From contig OZ244650.1 in NCBI GenBank assembly GCA_965218785.1, forward strand, positions 544,001-608,000: DNA of 64,000 bases. Reading direction: 5' to 3'. Source of the stretch: Nitrosopumilus sp. GTDB lineage: Archaea > Thermoproteota > Nitrososphaeria > Nitrososphaerales > Nitrosopumilaceae. The stretch's first letter is position 1. Each line of letters opens with the position of its first letter. Positions 48,851-57,410 of the stretch are shown here, in pieces. The translations under genes and the position numbers were made by a program. The notes under the pieces are model-generated. The model was not told where the DNA came from. It worked only from the letters and a program-made list of their open reading frames with translations, and made no database searches.

Positions 48851-48954
48851 GCAGAGGTATCGAAGCCCGGTCAACCGAGAGGGACTCAAGATCCTCAAAA
48901 TAGGAAATCCCTTCTCTTAGGAGTTCGTGGGTTCGAATCCCACCCTCTGCACCA
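48851..48954 (+). tRNA. tRNA-Leu(CAA) with 16-nt intron and encoded CCA
   Basis: GCAGAGG acceptor stem, AGGGA-CT CAA G[ATCCTCAAAATAGGAA]A-TCCCT, long variable arm, GGTTCGAATCC, ACCA. Confidence 0.93.
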
Positions 48955-48988
48955 AATTTTACTCAGTTATTCGGGAAAATTTCAGAAA

Positions 48989-49111
48989 TTAGGCGACTAG
49001 GACCTTTATTTTGGTAATGGAATGCTTTGAAATTTGTTTGTGTATCTCAGCTAATTGCTTGTCCTTGAAAGACAGATTGCATCTAAAACACTTCCAAACT
49101 ATCTCGGACAT
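48989..49111 (-). CDS. 40-aa classical C2H2 zinc-finger micro-protein
   Basis: Manual translation MSEIVWKCFRCNLSFKDKQLAEIHKQISKHSITKIKVLVA (Cx2Cx3Fx8Hx5H); TTATAAA ~22 nt upstream. Confidence 0.72.
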   Translation of the reverse strand: MSEIVWKCFRCNLSFKDKQLAEIHKQISKHSITKIKVLVA

Positions 49112-49296
49112 GGTTAAATACATGCATAAATCATTTATAAAGATATTGGATAATTGATCCTATTAGTTGCAATACCTGATTATTGTCTTGAAAAAGTTGT
49201 AATTCTTTTAATTTATTGCATGATAATGAAATTTTCTTCTGACTGGAGATAAATCCAAGGGTTTAGAAACAAAAAAGGCAACATAATCTTAGAAGC

Positions 49297-49917
49297 ATGG
49301 TGGATTTTTTTGAAATTTTTGGCGAGTATTCGTATTTTGGAATCTTCCTAGTTCTGATTGGAGTAAACGCCGCCCCCATCTTGATGCCACCAAGCTGGAT
49401 TGTCCTGACATCGTTTTATCTCCTTGACCCCAGCTTGAATATTGTCATTCTTGCCATGGTGGGTGCAACCGGGGCAACTATTGGCAGATTTTTTCTAAAA
49501 ATGATCAGTGGTGTATTTAGAAAATTTGCTGGAGAAGAGCAGAAATCAAATCTTGACATTATTGGAAATTACCTGAGCCACAAAAAATACGGTTATGTTG
49601 TGACATCCTTTCTATTTGGAGCCACGCCCCTCCCAAGCAATTTCCTGTTTATCGCTTATGGCTTGATGCGCGCAAAGAACATGGGAATCTATGTTGGATT
49701 CTGGTTTGGCAGAGTCATTTCCTACATAATTATGATATACTTTGGAAACGCGGTCCTGACCCCATTTCTGGAAATATTTGAAGATCGTCTTGTCGGAATC
49801 TTGCTAATTGACGGTGTGGGAATCGGCGTGATTGTTCTTTTTGCATCAATTAACTGGACAATTTTAATTACTAAGAGAAAAATAAAATTTGTCAAACCAA
49901 AAATATGGCGATTCTAA
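49297..49917 (+). CDS. DedA/VTT-like membrane protein
   Basis: Several TM helices; PILMPPSW, GATIGR, ATPLPS. Confidence 0.75.
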   Translation: MVDFFEIFGEYSYFGIFLVLIGVNAAPILMPPSWIVLTSFYLLDPSLNIVILAMVGATGATIGRFFLKMISGVFRKFAGEEQKSNLDIIGNYLSHKKYGYVVTSFLFGATPLPSNFLFIAYGLMRAKNMGIYVGFWFGRVISYIIMIYFGNAVLTPFLEIFEDRLVGILLIDGVGIGVIVLFASINWTILITKRKIKFVKPKIWRF

Positions 49918-50538
49918 ATGAAAGTTCTCGATTCTCTTAAACGTGATGTAAAAAAAAGAATGGAAAATGACTCTGCGCATGATTTTGGACATATCCTCAG
50001 GGTATACAATAACGCACAAAAAATCTGCAAAAAAGAAAGGGCAAATGAGCGACTGGTTCTTTGTGCCGCACTACTCCATGATCTGGTCTCTTATCCCAAA
50101 TCTGACCGACGCTCAAAAACCTCCTCAATTGAGAGTGCAAAAAAATCACGACAAATACTCAAAAAATATGATTTTAACAAAGAGGAAATCACTATAATCT
50201 CTGATGCAATTCGTGATCACAGCTTTTCACAAAGCAGGACTCCTAAAACCATTGAAGGAAAAATTCTCCAGGATGCCGATAGACTGGATGCGCTGGGTGC
50301 GATAGGTATTGCAAGGGTTTTTGCCACAGGCGGTTCCCTTAAACGGCCGTTTTACAACACTGATGATCCTTTTTGCAAAAAAAGAAAGCCTAATGATCAA
50401 ATCTGGACAGTTGATCATTTTTTTCAAAAATTACTAAAGCTAGAATCACTAATGAACACAAAATCTGGAAGAACAGAGGCAAAAAAGAGAACCGGGGTAC
50501 TAAAGGAGTATCTAAAACAGCTGCGGCGGGAACTTTAA
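49918..50538 (+). CDS. HD-domain phosphohydrolase
   Basis: AHDFGHILRV, ALLHD, QDADRLDALGAIGIAR. Confidence 0.92.
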   Translation: MKVLDSLKRDVKKRMENDSAHDFGHILRVYNNAQKICKKERANERLVLCAALLHDLVSYPKSDRRSKTSSIESAKKSRQILKKYDFNKEEITIISDAIRDHSFSQSRTPKTIEGKILQDADRLDALGAIGIARVFATGGSLKRPFYNTDDPFCKKRKPNDQIWTVDHFFQKLLKLESLMNTKSGRTEAKKRTGVLKEYLKQLRREL

Positions 50539-50846
50539 CCGTAATCGACGTATCTGTCATATCGTTTTTCGATCTCATTGTTTTCCCCAGATAATATCTT
50601 CTCATACACTTCTTTTTTCCTAGATTCGATATATCTGATAATTTCTGCAAAATTCTCTTCTTTCGGATACGATTCAAATACCGGTTCTATTTTCTTTAGA
50701 AATTCCAGAGTTTTTTCCCGATATTCCTCTCTTGTGGGTTTTTTGATCCCCTTCATTCGAAACCAGACTGATGTCCAACTTGAACCCACAACATGTGGTA
50801 GCAGGTCAAAGGCCCTTTCAATCTCATAACGTTCGTCGTTTCTCAT
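50535..50846 (-). CDS. Hypothetical protein coupled to hemB
   Basis: ATGA overlap with hemB stop; 103 aa. Confidence 0.75.
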   Translation of the reverse strand: MRNDERYEIERAFDLLPHVVGSSWTSVWFRMKGIKKPTREEYREKTLEFLKKIEPVFESYPKEENFAEIIRYIESRKKEVYEKILSGENNEIEKRYDRYVDYG

Positions 50847-51823
50847 GATTCCTGAAGAAATTTTGCGGCTGATTTTGCAAAATACGTGACTATCATATCA
50901 GCTCCTGCCCTCTTGATGGAATACAGAATCTCCTCTGTAATGTCTTTTTCATTTACGTATCCCTGCCGTGCTGCCGCTTTTACCAGTGCATATTCTCCTG
51001 AAACACTGTATGCTGAAACTGGGATGTCAAATCTTTTTCTTGTTTCTGCTATCAAATCCAAATAAGCCAATGCTGGTTTTATCATTACAATATCCACTCC
51101 CTCGTTAATGTCCGTCTCAACTTCCATCATTGCTTCTCTGGCATTTGTGTATGGAACTTGGTATGTCTTTCTGTCTCCGAACTTTGGTGCACATTCTGCG
51201 GCATCCCTAAATGGCGCATAAAAGTTTGAGCGATGTTTGGCAGAGTGCGACATTATTGAAACATCGGTGTATCCATTCTCATCAAGTGCCTTTCTGATTG
51301 CAGCTACCTGGCCGTCCATCATTGCAGATGGCGATACAGTATCGACACCTGCCTTTGCTTGACTAACAGCTGTTTTTGAAAGTATCTCAAGACTGGCGTC
51401 ATTATCAATTTTATTTCCCTGAATAACTCCACAGTGCCCAGTTGATGTAAACTGACATAGACAGACATCTGCCATTATGCATATTCTGTCTCCAAAATTT
51501 TCCCTGATTTGAGAAATTGCCCTTTGAACAACTCCCTTCTCATCAAATGCAGAAGATCCCACATCGTCTTTTTTTGCCGGAATCCCAAATAACATGATTG
51601 CAGGAATTCCCAAATCAGTGATTGCCCCCACCTCGCCATTGAGATCCTCTAGTGGGAGTCTTTCTATCTCCGACATTGATTCTATCTTGACTCTCTTTTT
51701 CAGATCTTCTTGAACAAACACCGGGCAGATGAAATCCTTTGGGGAAAGCCTGGTCTGCTGAACCAACTCCCTCATTTTTTCTGAGGTTCTCAGTCTACGA
51801 AGTCGCCTGGCAGGAAATGACAT
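50843..51823 (-). CDS. hemB: Porphobilinogen synthase (Zn-type ALAD)
   Basis: DVCLCQFTSTGHCG, SAMMDG, MIKPA, YSVSGEY. Confidence 0.96.
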   Translation of the reverse strand: MSFPARRLRRLRTSEKMRELVQQTRLSPKDFICPVFVQEDLKKRVKIESMSEIERLPLEDLNGEVGAITDLGIPAIMLFGIPAKKDDVGSSAFDEKGVVQRAISQIRENFGDRICIMADVCLCQFTSTGHCGVIQGNKIDNDASLEILSKTAVSQAKAGVDTVSPSAMMDGQVAAIRKALDENGYTDVSIMSHSAKHRSNFYAPFRDAAECAPKFGDRKTYQVPYTNAREAMMEVETDINEGVDIVMIKPALAYLDLIAETRKRFDIPVSAYSVSGEYALVKAAARQGYVNEKDITEEILYSIKRAGADMIVTYFAKSAAKFLQES

Positions 51824-51853
51824 GTTGGAATTCTCTTTGGGTAAAATATAATC

Positions 51854-53119
51854 CTAGTCTACCTCGTTTTGTTTTTTATAGTCAAACAGCTTGCCTGCCA
51901 ACTCCACCATGTCAGGCCTGCCCTGTTCTGATGCCTTTCTGATGTTGTTCATTGGAGTTGATACAATGCTTTCAACCACTGCTTTGGTTAATTCGTCAAT
52001 AATTTTGATTTTTTCCTCGTTTTTCTCATCAAGCATTTGGAGTGCTTTTTGCAGTTCTTTTGTTCTCAGGGAGTCTATGCTCTTGAATACATCTTTTACC
52101 AGTGGTTCTGCATCTAGTCTTTTCATTGAGGCTTCTAATATGACTACTTCCTCGTTAATTATATTTTCAATGGTTTTTACCTTGTTTTGCCGTGCATTCA
52201 TGTTCTTTTCAACCATTTCGGCAATCTGATCCAGATTCATTAGTTTTATGCCTCCGATAGTTGCAACTTTTTCATCCACCGTTCTAGGATTTGACAGATC
52301 CAATATCATCATTCCGCCGCTTTTCTCCTTCATGGCGTTTGTGATTCTTTCATGAGTCACAAGAAAATACGGCGCAGTCGTTGCGACAAATAATACGTCG
52401 TAATTATCAAATCCTAAAAGAATCTCCTCAAATTTGACTGGATTTCCTCCCATCGTTTCACAAAATGTATGTGATCTTCCCATGGTCCTACTAGTTACAT
52501 CAAATGCATATCCCCTTCTTTGCAATGATTTTGCAACAAGAGTTGATACTTCGCCGGTGCCAATCAGCAAGATCTTTTTTGTTTTTAATTCGTCAATTTT
52601 TTCTTCTGCAAGCTTTACTGCCATGGAGCCAATTGAAATTCCGCCTCTGCCGATCCCACTCGAGTTTCTAATTCTAGTTCCAATTCTAATTGCCTTATCA
52701 AACAAGGTGTTAAGGTGCTGACCTGATGCCTTTGTCTCTCTGGCAGAAGTGATTGAATTTTTTATCTGGCCCAGGATTTGCTCCTCCCCTAGTACCATGG
52801 AATCTAGTCCCGATGTCAACTTTAACAGATGATGCAGTGCTTCTTGGTTTTCAACAAACTCGATATTTTCTTTGAACATCTCCTCCCCAAGTCCGGTTAG
52901 TGATGCCCATGTCTTTTTAATTTTCTCCAAATCATACGCTCCTGACTTGCCAAACAATTCGATTCTATTGCATGTCTGAATAATTACACATTCATCCAAC
53001 CCTGAATGTTTTTTAAATTGTTTATATGCATCCTGGATATCCTTTATTGTAAATTGTTCAAGAATATGAATTGGTGAGTTACGAAAAGTAACACGTGCGT
53101 TAATGATATTTTGATTCAT
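51854..53119 (-). CDS. hemA: Glutamyl-tRNA reductase
   Basis: TCNRIE, SGLDSMVLGEEQILGQ, IGTGE, DLSNPR. Confidence 0.96.
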   Translation of the reverse strand: MNQNIINARVTFRNSPIHILEQFTIKDIQDAYKQFKKHSGLDECVIIQTCNRIELFGKSGAYDLEKIKKTWASLTGLGEEMFKENIEFVENQEALHHLLKLTSGLDSMVLGEEQILGQIKNSITSARETKASGQHLNTLFDKAIRIGTRIRNSSGIGRGGISIGSMAVKLAEEKIDELKTKKILLIGTGEVSTLVAKSLQRRGYAFDVTSRTMGRSHTFCETMGGNPVKFEEILLGFDNYDVLFVATTAPYFLVTHERITNAMKEKSGGMMILDLSNPRTVDEKVATIGGIKLMNLDQIAEMVEKNMNARQNKVKTIENIINEEVVILEASMKRLDAEPLVKDVFKSIDSLRTKELQKALQMLDEKNEEKIKIIDELTKAVVESIVSTPMNNIRKASEQGRPDMVELAGKLFDYKKQNEVD

Positions 53120-53769
53120 TTCCAGTTCCTCAATATTGTAATGGCTCTCTTTTCAGCTCTCTTCACATGACCGTCTTTTATTAATTGTTCAATCCCGCCG
53201 TCTGTCATGACAGTGTGCAGGTATCTTCTTCGCTGAATCTGGCTTGATATGTCCACTTTTGCCAGTTTTCTTGCAATATTTTGAATTTTGATCTGGGCAA
53301 TGTCTTGTTTTGTGATTATTCTTTTGAATATCTTCTCTGCGCTAGTCTTGATTTTCTTTGACATTGCCGGACTTTTGCCACCTGTGAAGATTGCAATCTG
53401 AATCATGCTTTCAAAGTCAATTATTGCTGGATTTGAAAAGTCACTATCTTCGGGGTTGTCTGAACTGTATGCAATGATTTTGCGTCTTTTTGCACTGTTG
53501 ATAATCTTCTGGTTTAATTTTTTGTCATCTGTCGTGGTGATGATCACATTTGGCCTGAATTTTGAAATAAATTTGAGATCCTGGATTTTTTGTTTCTTGA
53601 ATGTGATCTTTTTTGTTTTTACCAGTTTCCTGATTCGGGCATTTATAGAGTCACTAATCACTAAAATCTCGCAGTTTTGTCCTAATAATGAGTTGATCCG
53701 CTTTTGTGCCTCATTTCCACTGCCAATTACTGCCACTATCTTGTCTTGAAGATTCAGATCAACTATCAT
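53116..53769 (-). CDS. sirC: Precorrin-2 dehydrogenase/sirohydrochlorin ferrochelatase (SirC/Met8p-like)
   Basis: VIGSGNEA Rossmann, D.P..SDFSNPA, IAIFTGGKSPAMS. Confidence 0.88.
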   Translation of the reverse strand: MIVDLNLQDKIVAVIGSGNEAQKRINSLLGQNCEILVISDSINARIRKLVKTKKITFKKQKIQDLKFISKFRPNVIITTTDDKKLNQKIINSAKRRKIIAYSSDNPEDSDFSNPAIIDFESMIQIAIFTGGKSPAMSKKIKTSAEKIFKRIITKQDIAQIKIQNIARKLAKVDISSQIQRRRYLHTVMTDGGIEQLIKDGHVKRAEKRAITILRNWK

Positions 53770-53860
53770 CCGATCAAAAGGATTTGGGTTTCTATTTATG
53801 TATTAAAAACCGGCTCATAAATCCTAGCTACACTTTTAATTGAATGGTAAAGTTATTGAC

Positions 53861-54886
53861 TTGTTGGCTTTGGATCAATTAGACAAAGAAATCCTTAATG
53901 AAATTCAGTGGACATTCCCGCTTGTAACAAGACCCTTTGATGCCATTGCCGAAAAATTTAACACTACTCCGAAGATTGTAAAAGAGCGTCTTGACAATCT
54001 GAAGGAAATCGGCGTTTTAAGACAACTTAGTGCCATCTTTGATACAAGAAAACTCGGCTACACAAGTTCGCTTGTTGCAATGGAGATTGAACCTGACAAA
54101 CTAGAACATGTCGCAAGTCAAATCAACCGTCATCCTGGCGTCAGTCATAACTATGAGCGTGATCATCAATTCAACCTCTGGTTTACTTTGGCAGTCCCGC
54201 CGGGTTCTGATTTGAAAATAGAGATTGCAAAATTCAACATACTAAAGGGGATCAACAAAGTCCGAATGCTTCCAACCCTGCAGTTATTCAAAATTGGCGT
54301 AAAGCTGGACATGGTTGATGAAAAAAAACACGAGGTTGCACCAACTGAGGAAAAAAAAGAGATCAAAAATGTAAAGTTTGACCCTACGGAGGAAGACCGG
54401 GATTTTATCCGTGAATTACAAAAGGATATGGAAATTCTTGACGAGCCGTTTGTAGTGGCCGCTAACAATCTTGGAATTACCGAAGATGAATTATTTGAAA
54501 AGATGCGATATTATCAAGACATTGGAGTAATGAGACGTTTTGCAGCTATTTTGAGACACAGACAGGTGGGATTTACCGCTAATGGAATGATAGTCTGGAA
54601 GGTTCCAAAAGATAGGATATCTGATGTCGGGGCAAAACTAGGATCATTTCCTCAGGTAAGCCATTGTTATGAAAGGCCCACCTACTCGGATTGGCCATAC
54701 AATGTTTTTTCGATGATCCATTGCAAGACTCATGATGAGGCTCATCAAATGGCAAAGACAATACAGGATCAAATCAACGTTGATGAATACCAAATTCTCT
54801 TCAGTTCCCGTGAATTCAAAAAAACCAGAGTTGAATATTTCGTGGAAAACTCCTTTACTTTGGAAGAAACAATTCCCGTTTCCTAG
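53861..54886 (+). CDS. ahbAB: Fused siroheme decarboxylase AhbA-AhbB (NirDL-like, AsnC fold)
   Basis: Two halves with FPL..RPF, HPGVSHNYER, NLWFT / HRQVGF.ANGM.VW, VSHCYER, YNVFSMIH; exact start uncertain (53840-53864). Confidence 0.9.
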   Translation: MLALDQLDKEILNEIQWTFPLVTRPFDAIAEKFNTTPKIVKERLDNLKEIGVLRQLSAIFDTRKLGYTSSLVAMEIEPDKLEHVASQINRHPGVSHNYERDHQFNLWFTLAVPPGSDLKIEIAKFNILKGINKVRMLPTLQLFKIGVKLDMVDEKKHEVAPTEEKKEIKNVKFDPTEEDRDFIRELQKDMEILDEPFVVAANNLGITEDELFEKMRYYQDIGVMRRFAAILRHRQVGFTANGMIVWKVPKDRISDVGAKLGSFPQVSHCYERPTYSDWPYNVFSMIHCKTHDEAHQMAKTIQDQINVDEYQILFSSREFKKTRVEYFVENSFTLEETIPVS

Positions 54887-55209
54887 AATTCATTTTCATC
54901 ATGTCCTACGACATGAACTATGCAAAAGTACTGGTCATTCATGTTGCAATAGTATGCTGAATGCTCCCTGCATATCTTGCATGGCGGTTTCTCATCGTGT
55001 TCTGATAATTTTGTGTGATAGACCTTGCTTCTGCTGGTAACACCTGACTCTTTGTAGATTCTTGTTAAATTCGTATAGTATTCAAGTTCCTTAGGATCAA
55101 GTCTTTGCTGGTTCTTTATCTTCTTGATGATTTTTTCCCATTTGTTATACTCGCCAATTTTGGCCAGTTTCATTCTTTCAATAACTTCAAGTGTTTTTTG
55201 TGAATCCAT
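54883..55209 (-). CDS. Hypothetical protein with C-terminal B-box/AN1-like Cys/His motif
   Basis: CKIC-x7-C-x7-CIVH-x3-H. Confidence 0.75.
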   Translation of the reverse strand: MDSQKTLEVIERMKLAKIGEYNKWEKIIKKIKNQQRLDPKELEYYTNLTRIYKESGVTSRSKVYHTKLSEHDEKPPCKICREHSAYYCNMNDQYFCIVHVVGHDENEF

Positions 55210-55229
55210 GGGTGTGGTCCATCTGCGGA

Positions 55230-56228
55230 TTAATCTGCCTGGGGCGTTGCCTTTAACTCATAGGAAGGCCAAGTACTGTACAATTCTTCTATCTCTTTCA
55301 TGTCTGATCTCGAGATGTATTCCCCCTTTGTCATCTCTGCATTGGCAACCACCTCATCCTCGCTGATCATGGTTGGAAATACTGATGCAAATCCCCCCTT
55401 TGTCATTATGAACTTCATGGCCAACTCTGTAATGTTTAATCCGTTTCTTTTTGCAATCGGTTCTAACTGTTCAACCTTTTCTAGCGATGCTTTAATCCAT
55501 TCACCTTTTCTTACTGATCGGTGGTCTTTTTCATCAATCTTTGTGTCTGCATTTACCTTTCCGGTTAGTATTCCTGATGCCTCTGGAACCCTGACTAGAA
55601 TTCCGACATTTTTCTCTTCAGCCTTTTTCATTAATTCATTTCCTGGAGTCTGCTCTAAAATGTTGTAGACAGTCTGCACCGCACTGATGTCTGGCCTATC
55701 CATTGCTTCAAGACCCTCCTGTGTCCAGCCGATTGCCGGACCTAGTGCTACCTGGCATGTTTTGATAGTTCCATCTGCGATAAAACTATCAAGCACGTTA
55801 AATATCGAGTCGTCTCTGATGTGGGCTAGTTTTGGATTGTGCAATCCATACATATCTAGGTGGTCTGTCTGCAATCTCTCCAGGCTGTCCCTTAGTGCCA
55901 TTCTTGTAAAATCCTCGTCAAATTTTTGTGGCAACTCACTATGTCCAATCTGATCCACTCCTCGGAAGTCATAACCGTATTTTGTGGAGATGACAATCTC
56001 GTCTCTCATGTCCTTGAAAACTTTGCCAATAATCCTCTCACTTTTTCCCTTTCCATACATGTCCCCGGTTTCAAAAAAGTTAATCCCCACATCGTATGCT
56101 TTTTTGAGCATTCTTTCTGCCTCGTCCTCCTCAATTTTCTTGCCCCACCAGTCAAGGGCAATGGACCATGCACCAAATCCCAGCTCCGATACTTTGATGT
56201 CTGTTTTTCCCAATTTATTGTAATTCAA
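55230..56228 (-). CDS. Aldo/keto reductase
   Basis: LGKTDIKVSELGFGAW, YGKGKSE, STKYG, SLERLQTD..D.Y.LH. Confidence 0.93.
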   Translation of the reverse strand: MNYNKLGKTDIKVSELGFGAWSIALDWWGKKIEEDEAERMLKKAYDVGINFFETGDMYGKGKSERIIGKVFKDMRDEIVISTKYGYDFRGVDQIGHSELPQKFDEDFTRMALRDSLERLQTDHLDMYGLHNPKLAHIRDDSIFNVLDSFIADGTIKTCQVALGPAIGWTQEGLEAMDRPDISAVQTVYNILEQTPGNELMKKAEEKNVGILVRVPEASGILTGKVNADTKIDEKDHRSVRKGEWIKASLEKVEQLEPIAKRNGLNITELAMKFIMTKGGFASVFPTMISEDEVVANAEMTKGEYISRSDMKEIEELYSTWPSYELKATPQAD

Positions 56229-56393
56229 TTTTCTAATTCATGTCTCTTTGTTTTCATCATTTATAGTATGTCCATTGGAATCGATTGCGCATAAACCCTG
56301 TTATTACTAGATTAATTCCAAAATTAAATAAAAAGGTGGGATGTAAAAGTCTAGCATAATTGAATTTTTAATTGCATTTTTGATGATTTCTCT

Positions 56394-56455
56394 AATGTTA
56401 TGATGATTTTTCTGTTCTTGAATAAACGATTATGCAGTCATGTTTATCTGACATT
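56394..56455 (+). ncRNA. Weak candidate box C/D sRNA
   Basis: AATG stem, ATGATGA at 56400, TTGA (D'), CTGA at 56448, CATT; TTTTTAAT ~25 nt upstream. Confidence 0.28.
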
Positions 56456-56499
56456 TGATGACGGCACCGGAATTTTCAAGAAGATCATTTCTGTAAAAA

Positions 56500-57174
56500 T
56501 CAACCCAGACTTGATATTAAAGGAACGATATCTTTTTTGACGCATACGATCATCGGAATATCATTTTTTACATATGATGATACCTGGGTTTCCCTCAAAT
56601 CCATGATCAGATCTTGGAAATCCCTGATGTCGTCTACTTCAAACGCAAGCATGAAATCCTCATCGTGTATGCCAAAAGAATACGTGGTGTTTAGCGTGAT
56701 TTGTGGATATTTCTTGCTTACCTCTATGTGTTCATTCATAATTTCCTGGCGTTTTTCTTTTGGCAGAAGATACCATTCCCTAGTCTTTGTAAATGGGTAG
56801 ATTATGACATGTTTTTTTGGTTCGTCGCCTGTAATGAATCCCTGAGTTTTCTGCTCTTGTACGTAGATTGACGGTCTGGTACAAGAAAGATATGTCATAG
56901 ATGGTGTGATATATTTTCCAAACACCGTTTTGTACAGCTTTTCAATGGCAGTCTGAATTTCCCCAATTGTTTTTGCAGCAAACCAAAACAAAAAATCAGA
57001 ATCGTCTCTTAATCCCAGATTTGAATATGATCTAAACATTATTCCTGAATTATTAATTATGTTTTCAACCTCTTTTGCAGATTCATTCTTTGCCAAATCT
57101 GCCATCCATCTCCATTTGGGATCCACTTTGAAAAATGAGAAATTGAAATAATACTGATCATTGTCTGCTGACAT
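56500..57174 (-). CDS. Chlorite dismutase-superfamily protein, likely coproheme decarboxylase (ChdC/HemQ-like)
   Basis: YPFTK motif, WYLLP..R..IM.EH proximal His, YSFGIHD; no obvious distal Arg. Confidence 0.85.
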   Translation of the reverse strand: MSADNDQYYFNFSFFKVDPKWRWMADLAKNESAKEVENIINNSGIMFRSYSNLGLRDDSDFLFWFAAKTIGEIQTAIEKLYKTVFGKYITPSMTYLSCTRPSIYVQEQKTQGFITGDEPKKHVIIYPFTKTREWYLLPKEKRQEIMNEHIEVSKKYPQITLNTTYSFGIHDEDFMLAFEVDDIRDFQDLIMDLRETQVSSYVKNDIPMIVCVKKDIVPLISSLG

Positions 57175-57410
57175 GATCTTTCCAAATCCAAACCCTATTT
57201 AAACAAAAAACCGGATCTTCTACCGGAATCTAATTAGAGTTGTACGTAATTAACCCGACTCCAGTAACTAACAACGACCAAGTTTTTCAGATATGCTGAT
57301 CTAAAAGAGGGTCAGCATCATAAAAAAACGTGCAGGATCAGATCATACGTACGGGATGTAATGCTTACGTCATAATTGGATGTCCTGGGAAAATATCTGT
57401 TTGAATTTGA

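Noticed and set aside
53861-54886. Lrp/AsnC transcription regulator or heme d1 (nir) gene
   Set aside because: SHNYER/SHCYER motifs and adjacency to sirC/hemA indicate AhbAB; no nirS/nirF/nirJ in the window
56500-57174. True chlorite dismutase (O2-producing)
   Set aside because: No evident distal catalytic Arg; the YPFxK motif and heme-pathway context favour coproheme decarboxylase
57292-57330. Hairpin ATGCTGATCT...AGGGTCAGCAT with adjacent A-run as an ncRNA
   Set aside because: Lies just downstream of sufC and is adequately explained as a 3'-end element; C/D-like boxes are imperfect
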